Shown here: one piece after another, positions 51,125 through 64,000 of the stretch
Numbering within the stretch: position 1 is the first letter of the stretch
Layout: every line of letters starts with the position of its first letter
Assembly: GCA_951406725.2 (NCBI GenBank)
Contig: OX597839.1
Span: 25,482,001 to 25,546,000, forward strand
Direction of reading: 5' to 3'
Length of the DNA: 64,000 bases
From: Octopus vulgaris
Taxonomy: Eukaryota
Made by a program: the position numbers and the translations under genes
Notes under the pieces: model-generated
Seen by the model: the letters and a program-made list of their open reading frames with translations, nothing else
What the model was told of the DNA's origin: nothing
Database searches by the model: none

Positions 51125-51520
51125 CTACTCAGCCTAATGTGGAAGCCAGGTATACTCACAGGAATTCCAAGCACCCCACCTTTTTACCCAGTTACAATAA
51201 GAAACTTGAAAGCCAGTCCAGAAGGAGAATTTCTAATTTATAAAAACATCTCCAGAGATATTTTTAATAGAGCTGCACTACATTATAACAAAACATTAGT
51301 GAGGACTGGCTTTAGTGACAAATTAGTGTGCTCAGAGGATCCTAGAGAAAAATAATCTTGGTTAGTTTTCCATTAAACCTAGATGTTTATAAACACAGCT
51401 ACACACTACTTATTCCCAATAAGGCAATACTTTCTAAGCACACATAACTGCAAACTTTTTAATGTGCATAATATTAAGGTCAGTTACTCCTACCTAGATA
51501 ACATTGCACTATAATACCTA
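51125..51520 (+). mobile_element. Second, more decayed Penelope-like fragment (RT thumb/linker)
   Basis: PNVEARYTHRNSKHP, RRISNL, DIFNRAALHYNKTLVRTGFSDKL and KLFNVHNIKVSYSYLDNI occur in the order expected for PLE ORFs. Confidence 0.72.
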
Positions 51521-51559
51521 ACAGTCAACTAATTACTGATAATTAGCCTTACTGATAAG

Positions 51560-52003
51560 TCATCATCATCATCATTGTTCGACCGTGGTCGAGACAATGG
51601 AATTTACCATGCTACGCCAGACTTCACGGTCCATCATGGCATTACGGAGGTCCTGTTGCTGGATGCCTGTATCCCTGGAGATTACATCAGGGTAGGAGAG
51701 TGTGCGCCCTCTGGTATTGTGAGTAGATGGCTTCTAGAGGAGAAGAGTAGAAATTGCCTCATTTTCAGCTCTACAACAATGTCCAGCAAACTGGACTCTC
51801 CTACCTTTCACAAGAGATGACACAGGTGGTAGTTTCCCATATATTTGCATTTTGGTTGGATGGCGCTTCCACGAGAGATTTTGAGCTCTCATAAGGAGGC
51901 AAGTGTAGGTTCCATCCAACCGCCTCTCAAGCTTCTTTGATAACGTCCAGGTTTCTGAGCCATATAGTAGAATTGGTTTGACTGTGGCTTTGAATATTGC
52001 CAT
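51560..52003 (-). mobile_element. RTE-clade LINE 3' fragment
   Basis: ILLYGSETWTLSKKLERRLDGTY...FAGHCCR, same 3' end and tail as 26888-27154. Confidence 0.9.
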
Positions 52004-55000
52004 CCAGTATCATTGCATCTGAACAATCAGATATGCTTTTCTGAATTTGTGAAACTACCCTTAATAAAAATCTGAATAAAACTGTGAAAACGAATATTTA
52101 ACCATCATGACATGTGTTGAGTGCTGTTTTCTTTCATTTGTACACCCGTGTGCATGTGTATGTGTGTGTGTGTGCATGTGTGTGTTTAGTCTACAAGGTG
52201 TATATTCCTAAACATACTGAAAGTGAAGTGTGTTGCAGCTTTTACCCAGCAACCTGTTTTAACTAACTTTATTAAAGAAATATATATACTTCACACCATT
52301 AAACACAATTTCTAACTAATTACACTTCAGACCAGATCTTTCCAAACCATATTATTTTCCAATTATCTTAACTCAGTGATTCTCAGCCTTTTAAATACCG
52401 GGATCAGACCCCAAACCTGGACCAGACCCCAAACCTGGATTTCTGTTTTTCTTAGGGTATTGCTCCAAAAAAAGTAAAACACAAGTCAATTAAAGAAAAA
52501 TTTATTGTATCTATAGAAGACGGTTGAGGGCTGCCAAAAAGATGCTTGAGGGTCGCATATGGCCCTAAGAGCTGCAGTTGAGAACCACTGATCTATATTC
52601 TTCATTGACTGGACATTAAATATTAATAAAGTTGTTGTTTAGCTCTAGTTTAGGTAATTCCAATTATGACCACCCCCTCACCTTGTTTTTATATAATTCG
52701 ATAGTGACACTGACAGGTTGAGCCAACATCTTTCACAAAGCTGTTAGTCTGAGACACTTTTAAGGATCTTTTATTGAGCAGGGAATCATCATCATCATCG
52801 TTTAACGTCAGTTCTCCATGCTAGCATGGGTTGGACGGTTCGACCAGGGATCTGGGAAGCCAGAAGGCTGCACCAGGCTCCAGTCTTATCTGGCAGTGTT
52901 TCTACAGCTGGATGCCCTTCCTAAGGCCAACCACTCCGTGAGTGTAGTGGGTGCTTTTTACGTGCCACCTGCACTGGTGCCAGGCGGGGATGGAAGGCTG
53001 TTATTGTTGCTTAACACCAGGGAAACTTTGATTGACAAAAAATTGACAATAAAATGGAATTCCTGTTATGACAATCTGGTCAACATTATCCAGTGTGTCC
53101 TATTTAAGATGTTAAGGTTTGATTTGAGAGAGGTTTGACTGCTCTTTCTAATAGCTTAAACACCCATGTAGAATCCTCATCTATTCACTTTTAATTACAA
53201 AAGCAATGGTGGTGGTTGTTTGACCCCAGGCCAGCCTTGTTCCAACAAACCTATGATCAAATGATATTTCCAACCATGACCAAACCACTTTTTTGCCAGG
53301 ACAGTGTATTTAAGGGGCAGAAAACTTGGGACCACTTTAGTCACTGAGTATTTTGTAAGGAGATTAGTTGTGATCTGAGGGAGGTTTTGCTGTTATTTCT
53401 CGAAGGTCAATCACCCATGTAAGAGCCTCTCTTTGGTTTGTATAGCTATAATGATATTCTGTATCAGTGATTATCTTAATCAAAATTTCTGACCAGGAGG
53501 ATTCAGTTGTTTGATCAACTGAGTTATCTGCTCCTGACTTGACATGTAAGTGGCTGAGTATTCCTCAGACATGTGTGGCATGGCCTGAACATAACTCTCA
53601 GGGAGGATCAGCATGACACAGTGTGACATGGCTGGACTTTTTGAATTAGATGCAATCCATGTGACAAGCTTCATTACAGTTTCCATTTACCCAAGCTTGT
53701 GTTAAACTGAAACTATACTCTTTTTTACTCTTGTACTCATTTCAGTCATTTGACTGTGGCCATGCTGGAGCACCGCCTTTAGTCGAAAAATATCAACCCC
53801 AGGACTTAATCTTTGTAAGCCTAGTACTTATTCTATCAGTCTCTATTGCCGAACCACTATGTTACGGGGACGTAAACACACCAGCATCAGTTGTCAAGTG
53901 ATGTTGGGGAGACAAAGACAGACACACAAACATATATATGTATATATATACGATGGGCTTCTTTCAGTTTCCGTCTACCAAATCCACTCACAAGGCTTTT
54001 GGTCCACACTTGCCCAAGGTGCCACACAGTGGGACTGAACCCAGAACCATGTGGTTGGGAAGCAACAGACTGGCATTAAGTTTTTGAGCAAAACCCTTCG
54101 TTTCACTTTGCTCCAGTTTACTCAGCTAAAAACAAGTATCACAACCTATAGGGTGCCACTCCTGCACCCTATAACAGTGAATCGTCAAAAGAGACCCCCA
54201 GGTACAGGTCAATAGTTTTTACATAGAATTTGGTCAGTTTGTTAACATTTCAAGGAAAATATATGGCTTGGCTTGATTCTGGTCTCAGCTACTCTAAGGA
54301 ACGGGTGGTGGAGAGTTCTAGAAACTACTTAACGACAGGGTATGTGAACTAAGAAAGCAAACAGTACCTTTAGCGCTATTCTTCTTGGTCTATGAGATTG
54401 GTTCGTAAGTAGGTACTGTCGTCTGCTGCCTCTCAAAGATACCTGGATTTGTATGGCCTGTCTTAAACTCAAACTCAACCAGAAAGAAATTCTTTTAAAG
54501 AAAATATGATGCCTTGAGAGAAAATGTTATGGTTTGGTAAAGAAACCTGGACTTATAGATCACTTAATGTTTCAAAGTAGGCCTGGATATTAAGATATAT
54601 TTTATAAATGTTACAAGAAAAATCACAAAAATATGTAAAAAATTATGTATGCACATGTATGTAATATAACAATATCTGTCTATAAATCTAAGCGTATGTG
54701 CTTTTGTGATGGTATACAGGTATGTAGTGTATGTATGGTTTGTATGGATGGCTGTGAATATATTTATGCATATGTGGAAGTTTTCCTGAATGCATACATA
54801 TATTGTCACGCAAAGAAACAATTTATATATATGTTGTGTGTGTGTGTGTGTGTAAGCTAACAGGAAAAAAATAACTACTTATACAGTCTAAATACTTTGC
54901 ATATTGGAAACACAAATATTCATAGTTAATGCTTAATAAATTTTTTTAAAAAATTGAATAGCATTGGTTTTATTTAATTACCAGCTTGGGAAGACCAAAT

Positions 55001-55089
55001 GAATAACAATTAATTCAAAATAAAGTGTGAAAATTATAAATGATTATAAAATATCAATAACAAATTTATATACATAATACCAAGTTAAA

Positions 55090-55600
55090 TAATTCAGAAA
55101 ACTGCACCAATAACTTATTTCGAAAAAAAAAAAAAACAGTTATGAAAACTACACCAATAATTTGTTTAAAAAAAAAGTTATGAAAACTGCAACAATAATT
55201 CACAAAAAAAAAATTATAAAAACCGCAACAATAATTCACAAAAAACAGTTATGACAACTGTAAATGTTCTTCAGTAAACAGAATAAAACAGCATCAATAA
55301 TTCACAAAAAACAGTTATGACAACTGTAAATGTTCTTCAGTAAACTGGGAAGAAAACTGCATCAATAATTTACAAAACCAGCTATGAAAACTGCATCAAT
55401 AATTTTAATTTTTCAAAAAAAGCAGTTGTAAAAACTTCACTATCATTTAAAATTTTAAAAAGTCTATGAAAACTGCATTGATAAAATTTTTTTTTTTCGC
55501 TTATAAAAACTGCACCAGTTATTTGCAAAAAAATAGTTAAGACAACAATACAAATAATTTACAGTAGAACAGATAAGAAAACTGCATCAATAATTTGTTA
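55090..55600. repeat. Degenerate ~38-bp minisatellite
   Basis: Recurrent AAAACTGCA(C/T/A)CAATAATT..AAAAAACAGTTATG. Confidence 0.7.
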
Positions 55601-56862
55601 TCAGTAAAAAAAAAACCCTGAATCAAATATGTCACAGAAAATGATACCAAAGTATTTTACAAAATAGGTAAAGGTGGGAGAGATAATACTTATGAAATAA
55701 GAGGCTTTATATGACAAACTATAGGGATAAGGAGGTTTTTTGGGGGGCTAAGGGAGTTTTACAGAAGATTTGTAGAGATTAAGAAATGTTTACAGAGATT
55801 AAGAAAACTTAATTTTTAGGAAAAAACAATCATATTAACGTAACACTCACAAGACTGTTACATTTTGAAGTCATTGATTTTCATTAATTATACAAATATA
55901 GTATTACAATCAAGTATATAATTATAGCAACAGGAATAATAATAATAATAATAATCCTGTCTTCTGAAGGCACAGGGCCTGGAATTTGTGGGGAAGGGAC
56001 TAGTTGATTAGACAACCCCAGTATGCAACTGGTGCTTAATTTATTGAACCTGAAAGGATGAGAGGCGAAGTCAACCTTGATGGAATTTGAACTCAGAACG
56101 TAGCGGCAAGTAAAATACTGCTAAGCATTTCGTCCACTGTGCTAACGATTCTGCCAGCTCACCACCTTTTTAATAATAATAATAATTGTTTCTAAATTTT
56201 GGAACAAGGCCAGCAGTTATGAACGGAGGGAGCAAGTCAACTTATATTACCCCAAGGGCCCCACTATTTCTTATTTCGTTGATCCTGAAAGGATGAGTGA
56301 GAAATTCAACTTCAGCAGCATTTGAACTCAGAACACAAAGACAGGTGATATACCGCTAAGCATTTTGCCCAGCGTGCTAACGATTCTGCCAGCTCTCCGC
56401 CTTAATAATAATAATAATGATCCTTTCTGCTACAGGCACAAGGCCTGGAAAATTTCTGCTACAGGCAGAGGGGCCATTTGATTACTTCAACCCCACTGGT
56501 ACTTATCTTATCGGACCTAAAAGAATGAAAGACAAAATAAACCTTGGTAGAATTTGAACTCGGAACATAAAGACCGATGAAATGCCACGAAGCATTTTGC
56601 CTGGTGTGCTAACCATTCTGCCAGCTCCTTTATTTCTTTATTGCCCACAGGGGGCTAAACATTAGAGGGGACAAACAAGGACAGAGAAAGGGATTAAGTC
56701 GATTACATCGAACCCAGTGTCCAACTGGTACTTAATTTATTGACCCTGAAAGAATGAAAGGCAAAGTCGACCTCGGCAGAATTTGAACTCAGAACATAAC
56801 GGCAGACAAAATACCGCTCAGCATTTTGCCCAGCATGCTAACAATTCTGCCATTTCACTGCC

Positions 56863-56913
<51 letters not shown>

Positions 56914-57254
56914 GATATGTATAACAACATTTTTTTTTTTTTTTCATCGTTTTAGAGGTAAGAATGGAATAAAAAAGAAAGGATAAAATATAAAAAACCT
57001 ACTTTACAAAAGAAAACAAAAAAAATGTATTGAGTGCAATACAAAAGAATTTTTTTTTTTACATAAAATTTAATATTTAGTCTGTTCATTATATAAAATT
57101 ATTTTATTGAGCAATATTAATGGGAAAGTCTTTCCAAACATACAAAGACAGGATTTTAAATAAAATTTGTTAAGTAAAACAAGGATTTAAAAAATTTTGT
57201 TTCATTGATAACAGACCATTTTTTAAACTTTTTATTGATAATAGACATTTTTTT

Positions 57255-57537
57255 TTTTTTGCCACTGTTAATAGACCCTATTTATTTTTTGCTTTTTTCA
57301 TTGATGACAGCCCTTGCTTGAAACATTGGAACCCTTTAATTTTTTTTTTTTTGCCACTGCAGACTGTCCTGTGTTTTCTGAAACTCTGTGCCCCCCTTTT
57401 TTTTTTTGCCACTGTTAATAGACCCTATTTATTTTTTGCTTTTTTCATTGATGACAGCCCCTGCTTGAAACATTGGAACCCTTTAATTTTTTTTTTTTTT
57501 TGCCACTGCAGACTGTCCTGTGTTTTCTGAAACTCTG
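57255..57537. repeat. Tandem duplication of ~145 bp
   Basis: GCCACTGTTAATAGACCC...GAAACTCTG occurs twice. Confidence 0.85.
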
Positions 57538-58227
57538 AAAGGGGTTCCTGTGCCCCTTGTGAATTTAAATTTTTTGAATTTGACAATCGAGAAATTTTGG
57601 ACCCTCAACCCTTGACATAACATGAAACAGCACATTTAATTGAAGCCAATGAGGAAACCTTTATGTGGTCACGGGACCTGTTAGAAATAGCAGCCAAATC
57701 TATGTCATATCACAGTCTATTGTCTGAAAAAGGACACACTGGTTGATGTAGCCCATTGCTTGCAAGACAAATAAATGAGTAAAGGGGAAAAAAAAGAGAT
57801 GATCATAAATGTAATATCATTAATCATGGATCTGCTCAATCAGGTTGACCTGGGGTTAAACAACAACAACAACAGCATGTGGTACTCAAGAGTAAATACT
57901 TTCATCAAAGGAAGAGAATGTGACGTTTTTATATTCAGACGCAGGTGAGACTGGACCTCCATGAAGCCCTAAAACTCACCAGATCCTATCAAACTGTTCA
58001 ACCCCTAGCATTAGGGGTTGAATAATGATGACGATGAAGATGACAACAATAACGAGAATTTAAACCTAATTGTGTAAACATGATATTTCTTTGGTTGAAT
58101 TCAATTAATTTTATCGTCTTAGACATTAAGGGTTAAAGCCCAATGAAGCTTGCAGGCTTTTTTCTAATGTTAACAAGGATTGAACTGGCTATGTGATATT
58201 AACCATGTTGGGTATCTGGCTGTAGGA

Positions 58228-58612
58228 GTGGAGGCGCAATGGCCCAGTGGTTAGGGCAGCAGACTCGTGGTCGTAGGATTGCGGTTTCGATTCCCAGACC
58301 GGGTGTTGTGAGTGTTTATTGAGCGAAAACACCTAAAAGCTCCACGAAGCTCCGGCAGGGATGGTGGTGATCCCTGCTGTACTCTTTCACCACAACTTTC
58401 TCTCACTCTTACTTCCTGTTTCTGTTGTACCTGTATTTCAAAGGGCCGGCCTTGTCACTCTCTGTGTCATGCTGAATATCCCCGAGAACTACGTTAAGGG
58501 TGCACGTGTCTGTGGAGTGCTCAGCCACTTACACATTAATTTCACGAGCAGGCTGTTCCGTTGATCGGATCAACCGGAACCCTCGTCGTCGTAACCGATG
58601 GAGTGCTTCCAT
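58228..58612 (+). mobile_element. SINE family 3 copy
   Basis: Near-identical to 48243-48626. Confidence 0.9.
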
Positions 58613-58670
58613 CATCTGTAGCAGGGCAGTCAAACTATTTCACCTGTGTAACAACACGCCGGTACAAAAA

Positions 58671-58951
58671 CAATTGTAGCACGGAAGACATTTGTAAGCC
58701 ATTCAAGAACACACAAAAACCGTTAGTTTCACTTCAACGTTTGAATTTCATTTGTGTCCAAATATTTTCGTTGCTTTCAAACCGCGACCAGTTCACTGAC
58801 AAAAGAGATGCAGCACCAACTTTCGTCAGTGAACAGGTTGCAGTTTCAAAGCAATGGAAATGTTTTGATACAAATTAAATTTAAACATTGAAGTGAAACT
58901 AACAGATTTTGTGGGTCCTTGAATGGCTTACAAACATCATCCATGCAACAA
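58671..58951. mobile_element. Foldback/MITE made of two ~135-bp inverted arms
   Basis: Arms 58671-58805 and 58818-58951 are imperfect reverse complements; same sequence as the 62.2-64 kb array unit. Confidence 0.8.
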
Positions 58952-60502
58952 AAGAAAAAAAAAACAATCTATGCACCAAAACAAAAATAAAAAACCCTTA
59001 ACCCTTTAGTGTTCAGATTATTCAATCAAACATAATGCTTATTGATTCCCATTGATTTGAATTAATCATGCATTATCTCATATCTTCAAGATCTTGATGG
59101 TGCAATTACTTAATGTAGAATAACATTGTAGGGTAGGTGTGAGGGCCTGGATCTGGTCAGTTTGAACATAAAACAGATTAACTATTTTAGCCGGATATGG
59201 CCGGTTTAAATACTAAAGGGTTAAGCTGTAAATCTGAGTAACCATGAAGTTCTTTTACAAGAACCTGCTCAGTCCCACTCTTTTTACATTTTAGGCCCTC
59301 GTCCCCTAGTATAAAACTGACCCTGCTTCCCTCAGGGTTCACAGTCATATGAGTTGCAATGGCAACCTCACTAATGCTCCTTTCTGCTACAGGCACAAGG
59401 CCTGAAAAATTGAGGAAACCTTTATGTGGTCACGGGACCTGTTAGAAATAGCAGCCAAATCTATGTCATATCACAGTCTATTGTCTGAAAAAGGACACAC
59501 TGTTTTCCACTGTTAATAGACCCTATTTATTTTTTGCTTTTTTCATTGATGACAGCCCCTGCTTGAAACATTGGAACCCTTTAATTTTTTTTTTTTGCCA
59601 CTGCAGACTGTCCTGTTTTCTGAAACTCTGAAGGGGTTCCTGTGCCCCTTGTGAATTTAAATTTTTTGAATTTGACAATCGAGAAATTTTGGACCCTCAA
59701 CCGTTGACATAACATGTAACAGCACAATCAGTATGCTCTGTAAAATGGTTGGCATTAGGAAAGGCATAGAGCCATAGAAACCATGCCGAAGCTGACACAG
59801 GAGTATGATGCAGGGCTTGAACTCATTAGGTGCTGTCAAACCCATGGCAGCATGGTACACGGGTGTTGAATGATTGTGATGACGATGGTGATGATGGCGT
59901 GGATGCAAGTGATTTGACTGTGATAATAAAGACAAGGTATTGAAAGGGAAGTGGAAAGGGGGAAGAAATTCCTCAGTTTCATTTCCCCCATTATCAAATA
60001 TATTAAATAAACATCCACAGATTATGTGTGACTCAGTGAAATATTTTCAGAAATGTTCGAGAGAGAGAGAGAGAGAGAGAGGTGGGGGGAGGAAAGAGGA
60101 AGGGAAGGAGTGAAGGAGAGAGAGAGAGAGAAAGAGAGTGAAGTGGTGTCAAGGAGAGAAAGAAGAAAGAGAGAGAAGTCAAACTGAGTGAGGTGGTGGG
60201 GGAGAAATTTTTTACTTAAATCTGTAAATCTGTTCCACCAACAGAGTTTAACGTAAACTTGAAACCTGCACAAGACTGTGGACACACAGACAAGGAATAC
60301 ATGCACACACACACACACTTATGCTAGACATAACAGAATAAATGGATTATCTTGCAACGAGAAGTGGTGAAATAAGTGACCCACGACTGAACAGTTTTAA
60401 TAGTTGAATCAAGTTACAATGTAAAACCCAGTTTTTAAAAAGTTGAACTGGAAAATGTAAAAAGTTGGTTGATAGAAAGGATTGTTTGTATGTGAGTGAT
60501 GG

Positions 60503-60608
60503 GGAGAGAGAGAGAGAGAGAGATTGATAGAGTGATAAACAGACAGACAGAAACAGAGATAAAGATTGATATGGATGGATGGATGGAGATTATATATATA
60601 TATATATA

Positions 60609-60639
<31 letters not shown>

Positions 60640-60935
60640 CTAGATAGACAGACAGACAGATAGAGAGATAGACAGACAGGCAGCTAGATAGACAGACAGA
60701 CAGACAGATAGAGAGATAGATAGAGATAGAGAGAGAAGATAGACAGACAAACAGATAGAGAGATAGATAGATAGAGAGAGAGATAGACAGACAGGCAGCT
60801 AGATAGGTAGATAGATAGATAGATAGATAGACAGGCAGCTAGATAGGTAGATAGATAAATAGATAGAGAGATAGATAGACAGACAGCTAGATAGACAGGC
60901 ACAGCTAGATAGATAGACAGACAGCTAGCTAGCTA
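60503..60935. repeat. (GATA)n/(GACA)n compound microsatellite
   Basis: Direct reading of the sequence. Confidence 0.95.
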
Positions 60936-61208
60936 TAGGGACATTTAATGTCAAGTTGTGACATAGTTCCTATCTCTTCTAATGAATTGTAGGAATGTCT
61001 CACGAAGTATCACATAACTTGACATGATTGGTTGTTGTTCTATGTCGTTTGAACAACTCTTTGGATCTGTTCTTACACAACCGTAGTCACAGAAATGACT
61101 TATGCCATACCACAAGCCAAGCCCTAAATTATGCACAGGGTCATAAGGATGTCATGGTGACATATGGATGTCTTGGGCACTTTTTAAACCCAGTGGTTTT
61201 AGAGTTGG

Positions 61209-61597
61209 GTGGAGGCGCAATGGCCCAGTGGTTAGGGCAGCGGACTCGCGGTCATAGGATCGCGGTTTCGATTCCCAGACCGGGCGTTGTGAGTGTTTAT
61301 TGAGCGAAAACACCTAAAAGCTCCACGACGCTCCGGCAGGGGATGGTGGTGATCCCTGCTGTACTCTTTCACCACAAGTTTCTCTCACTCTTACTTCCTG
61401 TTTCTGTTGTACCTGTATTTCAAAGGGCCGGCCTTGTCACTCTCTGTGTCACGCTGAATATCCCCGAGAACTACGTTAAGGGTACACGTGTCTGTGGAGT
61501 GCTCAGCCACTTAGATGTTAATTTCACGAGCAGGCTGTTCTGTTGATTCGGATCAACCAGAACCCTCGTCGTCGTAACTGACGGAGTGCTTCCATCC
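61209..61597 (+). mobile_element. SINE family 3 copy with TSD
   Basis: Flanked by the direct repeat TTTAGAGTTGGG. Confidence 0.9.
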
Positions 61598-62215
61598 ATT
61601 TAGAGTTGGGCTCTTTCCCGGATGGAACACAACTGACATCTTCTGGAAAGAGGGGCAGACAGAAATATTGGGAAGAAGTGAAGAATACACGACTGTACGC
61701 GACTGTTGCATTATTTATCCATCTGAGAAAGGATAAAGGGCAGAGCTGACCCTGGAAGAATTTGAATACACAATGTAGGGAGCTGAAATAGTTCCCTACA
61801 TTGCTGCTCTTCTATGAACAACCTTGCATAGATTTGTGCCTCGGAGAGGAACTTTCTAGGTGCAATCCCAAGATCATCCGTGGCCGAAGGGGATCTTTAC
61901 CTTCTACACAGACAAACGAAGGAGGATGTTATTGATAATCTCTGTCTCCATTATCTCAGAGATATTAGAATCGAGAGACATAGGGCAATAATTGGCAGGG
62001 GTCAGAGGTTGCCCTTCTCTGGGAGAGGGGACATATTGTAGCATGCTTCTGAAGATCAGAGTTAATTAATGAAAAGAGGGGAGAGCTAGGAGAACTTGGT
62101 GAGTATGGAGGGGTCATCTTTGGGACTCAAACTCTGCAACAGGACAGAGACTGACTCTCAGCTACTGTCTGTCTTCCTAAATGACAGAATTCCTCTCCAA
62201 TCACTTGTAAACATT

Positions 62216-62415
62216 ACGGAGATGTACTTGCACAGCAAGTGACCTGAACTGAGATCGTGTGCTGGAACGAAAGCAATTGCAGCGTGGAAGGTGTTTATAA
62301 GCCATTTAAGAAACACACAAAACCGTTCGATTCACTTCAACATTTAAATTTAATTTGTCAAAATATTTTCGTCGCTTTGAGACCGTGACCTGTTCACTGA
62401 CAAAAATCCGTGCTG

Positions 62416-62464
<49 letters not shown>

Positions 62465-63979
62465 CAATTGCAGCGTGGAAGATGTTTGTAAGCCATTTAA
62501 GAAACACACAAAAGCCGTTCGATTCACTTCAACATTTAAATTTAATTTGTCAAAATATTTTCGTCGCTTTGAGACTGTGACCTGTTCACTGACAAAAATC
62601 CGTGCTGCAGACATATATATATATATATATATAACAATTGTAGCGTGGAAGGTGTTTGTAAGCCATTTGAGAAACACACAAAAGCCGTTCGATTCACTTC
62701 AACATTTAAATTTAATTTGTCAAAATATTTTCGTCGCTTTGAGACTGTGACCTGTTCACTGACAAAAATCCGTGCTGCATACATATATATATATATATAT
62801 ATATAACAATTGTAGCGTGGAAGGTGTTTGTAAGCCATTTGAGAAACACACAAAAGCCGTTCGATTCACTTCAACATTTAAATTTAATTTGTCAAAAATA
62901 TTTTCATCGCTTTGAGACCGTGACCTGTTCAATGACAAAAATCCGTGCTGCATACATATATATATATATAACAATTGCAGTGTGGAAGGTGTTTGTAAGC
63001 CATTTAAGAAACACACAAAAGCCGTTCGATTCACTTCAACATTTAAATTTAATTTGTCAAAATATTTTCGTCGCTTTGAGACCATGACCTGTTCACTGAC
63101 AAAAATCCGTGCTGCATATATATATATATATATATACAATTGCAGCGTGGAAGGTGTTTATAAGCCATTTAAGAAACACACAAAAGCTGTTAGATTCACT
63201 TCAACATTTAAATTTAATTTGTCAAAATATTTTCGTCGCTTTGAGACCGTGACCTGTTCACTGACAAAAATCCGTGCTGCATACATATATATATATATAT
63301 ATATATATAACAATTGCAGCGTGGAAGGTGTTTGTAAGCCATTTAAGAAACACACAAAAACCATTAGATTCACTTCAACATTTAAGTTTATTTTGTCAAA
63401 ATATTTTCGTCGCTTTGAGACCGCGACCTGTTCACTGACAAAACTTCGTGCTGCATATATATTTATAAAATTTAAATAATGAGTGACTTGATCTGAGATC
63501 GTGTGCTGGAACGAAAACAATTGCAGTGTGGAAAGTGTTTATAAGCCATTTGAGAAACACTCAAAATCCGTTCGATTCACTTCAACATTTAAATTTTAAT
63601 TTGTCAAAATAATTTTCGTCGCTTTGAGACCGTGACCGGTTCACTGACAAAACTCCGTCGCGATCTCAAAGCGATGAAAATATTTTGACAAATTAAATTT
63701 AAATGTTGAAGTGAATCTAACGGATTTTGTGTGTTTCTCAAATGGCTTACAAACACCTTCCACACTGCAGTTGTTTTTCGTTCCAGCACACGATCTCAGA
63801 TCAAGTCACTCATTATTTAAATTTTATAAATATATATGCAGCACGAAGTTTTGTCAGTGAACAGGTCACGGTCTCAAAGCGAGAAAATATTTTGACAAAT
63901 TAAATTTAAATGTTGAAGTGAATCGAACGGTTTTTGTGTGTTTCTCAAATGGCTTACAAACACCTTCCACGCTGCAATA
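62216..63979. repeat. Tandem array of ~165-205-bp units (8 forward, 2 inverted) forming a foldback
   Basis: Unit CAATTG(C/T)AGCGTGGAAG...CTGACAAAAATCCGTGCTGCA plus variable (TA)n. Orientation flips at ~63655-63661. Confidence 0.93.
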
Positions 63980-64000
63980 GTAAACATTTTGATACTTTAT

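Noticed and set aside
62275-63660. CRISPR-like repeat-spacer appearance
   Set aside because: Repeats are ~150 bp, the spacers are only (TA)n, there are no cas genes, and the context is eukaryotic.

Overview
AT-rich, microsatellite-laden eukaryotic DNA. The SINE and LINE families suggest an octopod cephalopod (Octopus); this is inferred from recognition, not a database search. One protein-coding gene is supported: the 3' part of a minus-strand Bicaudal-D-related (BICDR/CCDC64-like) dynein adaptor. It has six phase-compatible GT-AG exons from 38052 down to 287 (328 aa plus stop); its 5' exons were not found in the window. The rest is intron or flank filled with three tRNA-derived SINE families, an RTE-related non-autonomous repeat, a 5'-truncated CR1-group LINE, RTE fragments, two decayed Penelope-like elements, a deleted Tc1/mariner, several MITE families, kilobase (TA/TG)n fields and a 100-N gap. 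Most ORF-track entries are microsatellite or SINE artefacts. The leads most worth following are: hammerhead-ribozyme motifs (29.7 kb, 40.6 kb); a SINE/LINE 3' stem-loop with compensatory changes; a circularly permuted local duplication (57.4 to 59.4 kb); recurrent microhomology-joined templated insertions; a foldback element whose arms have expanded into a satellite (62.2-64 kb); and long intronic hairpins that could be ADAR substrates.
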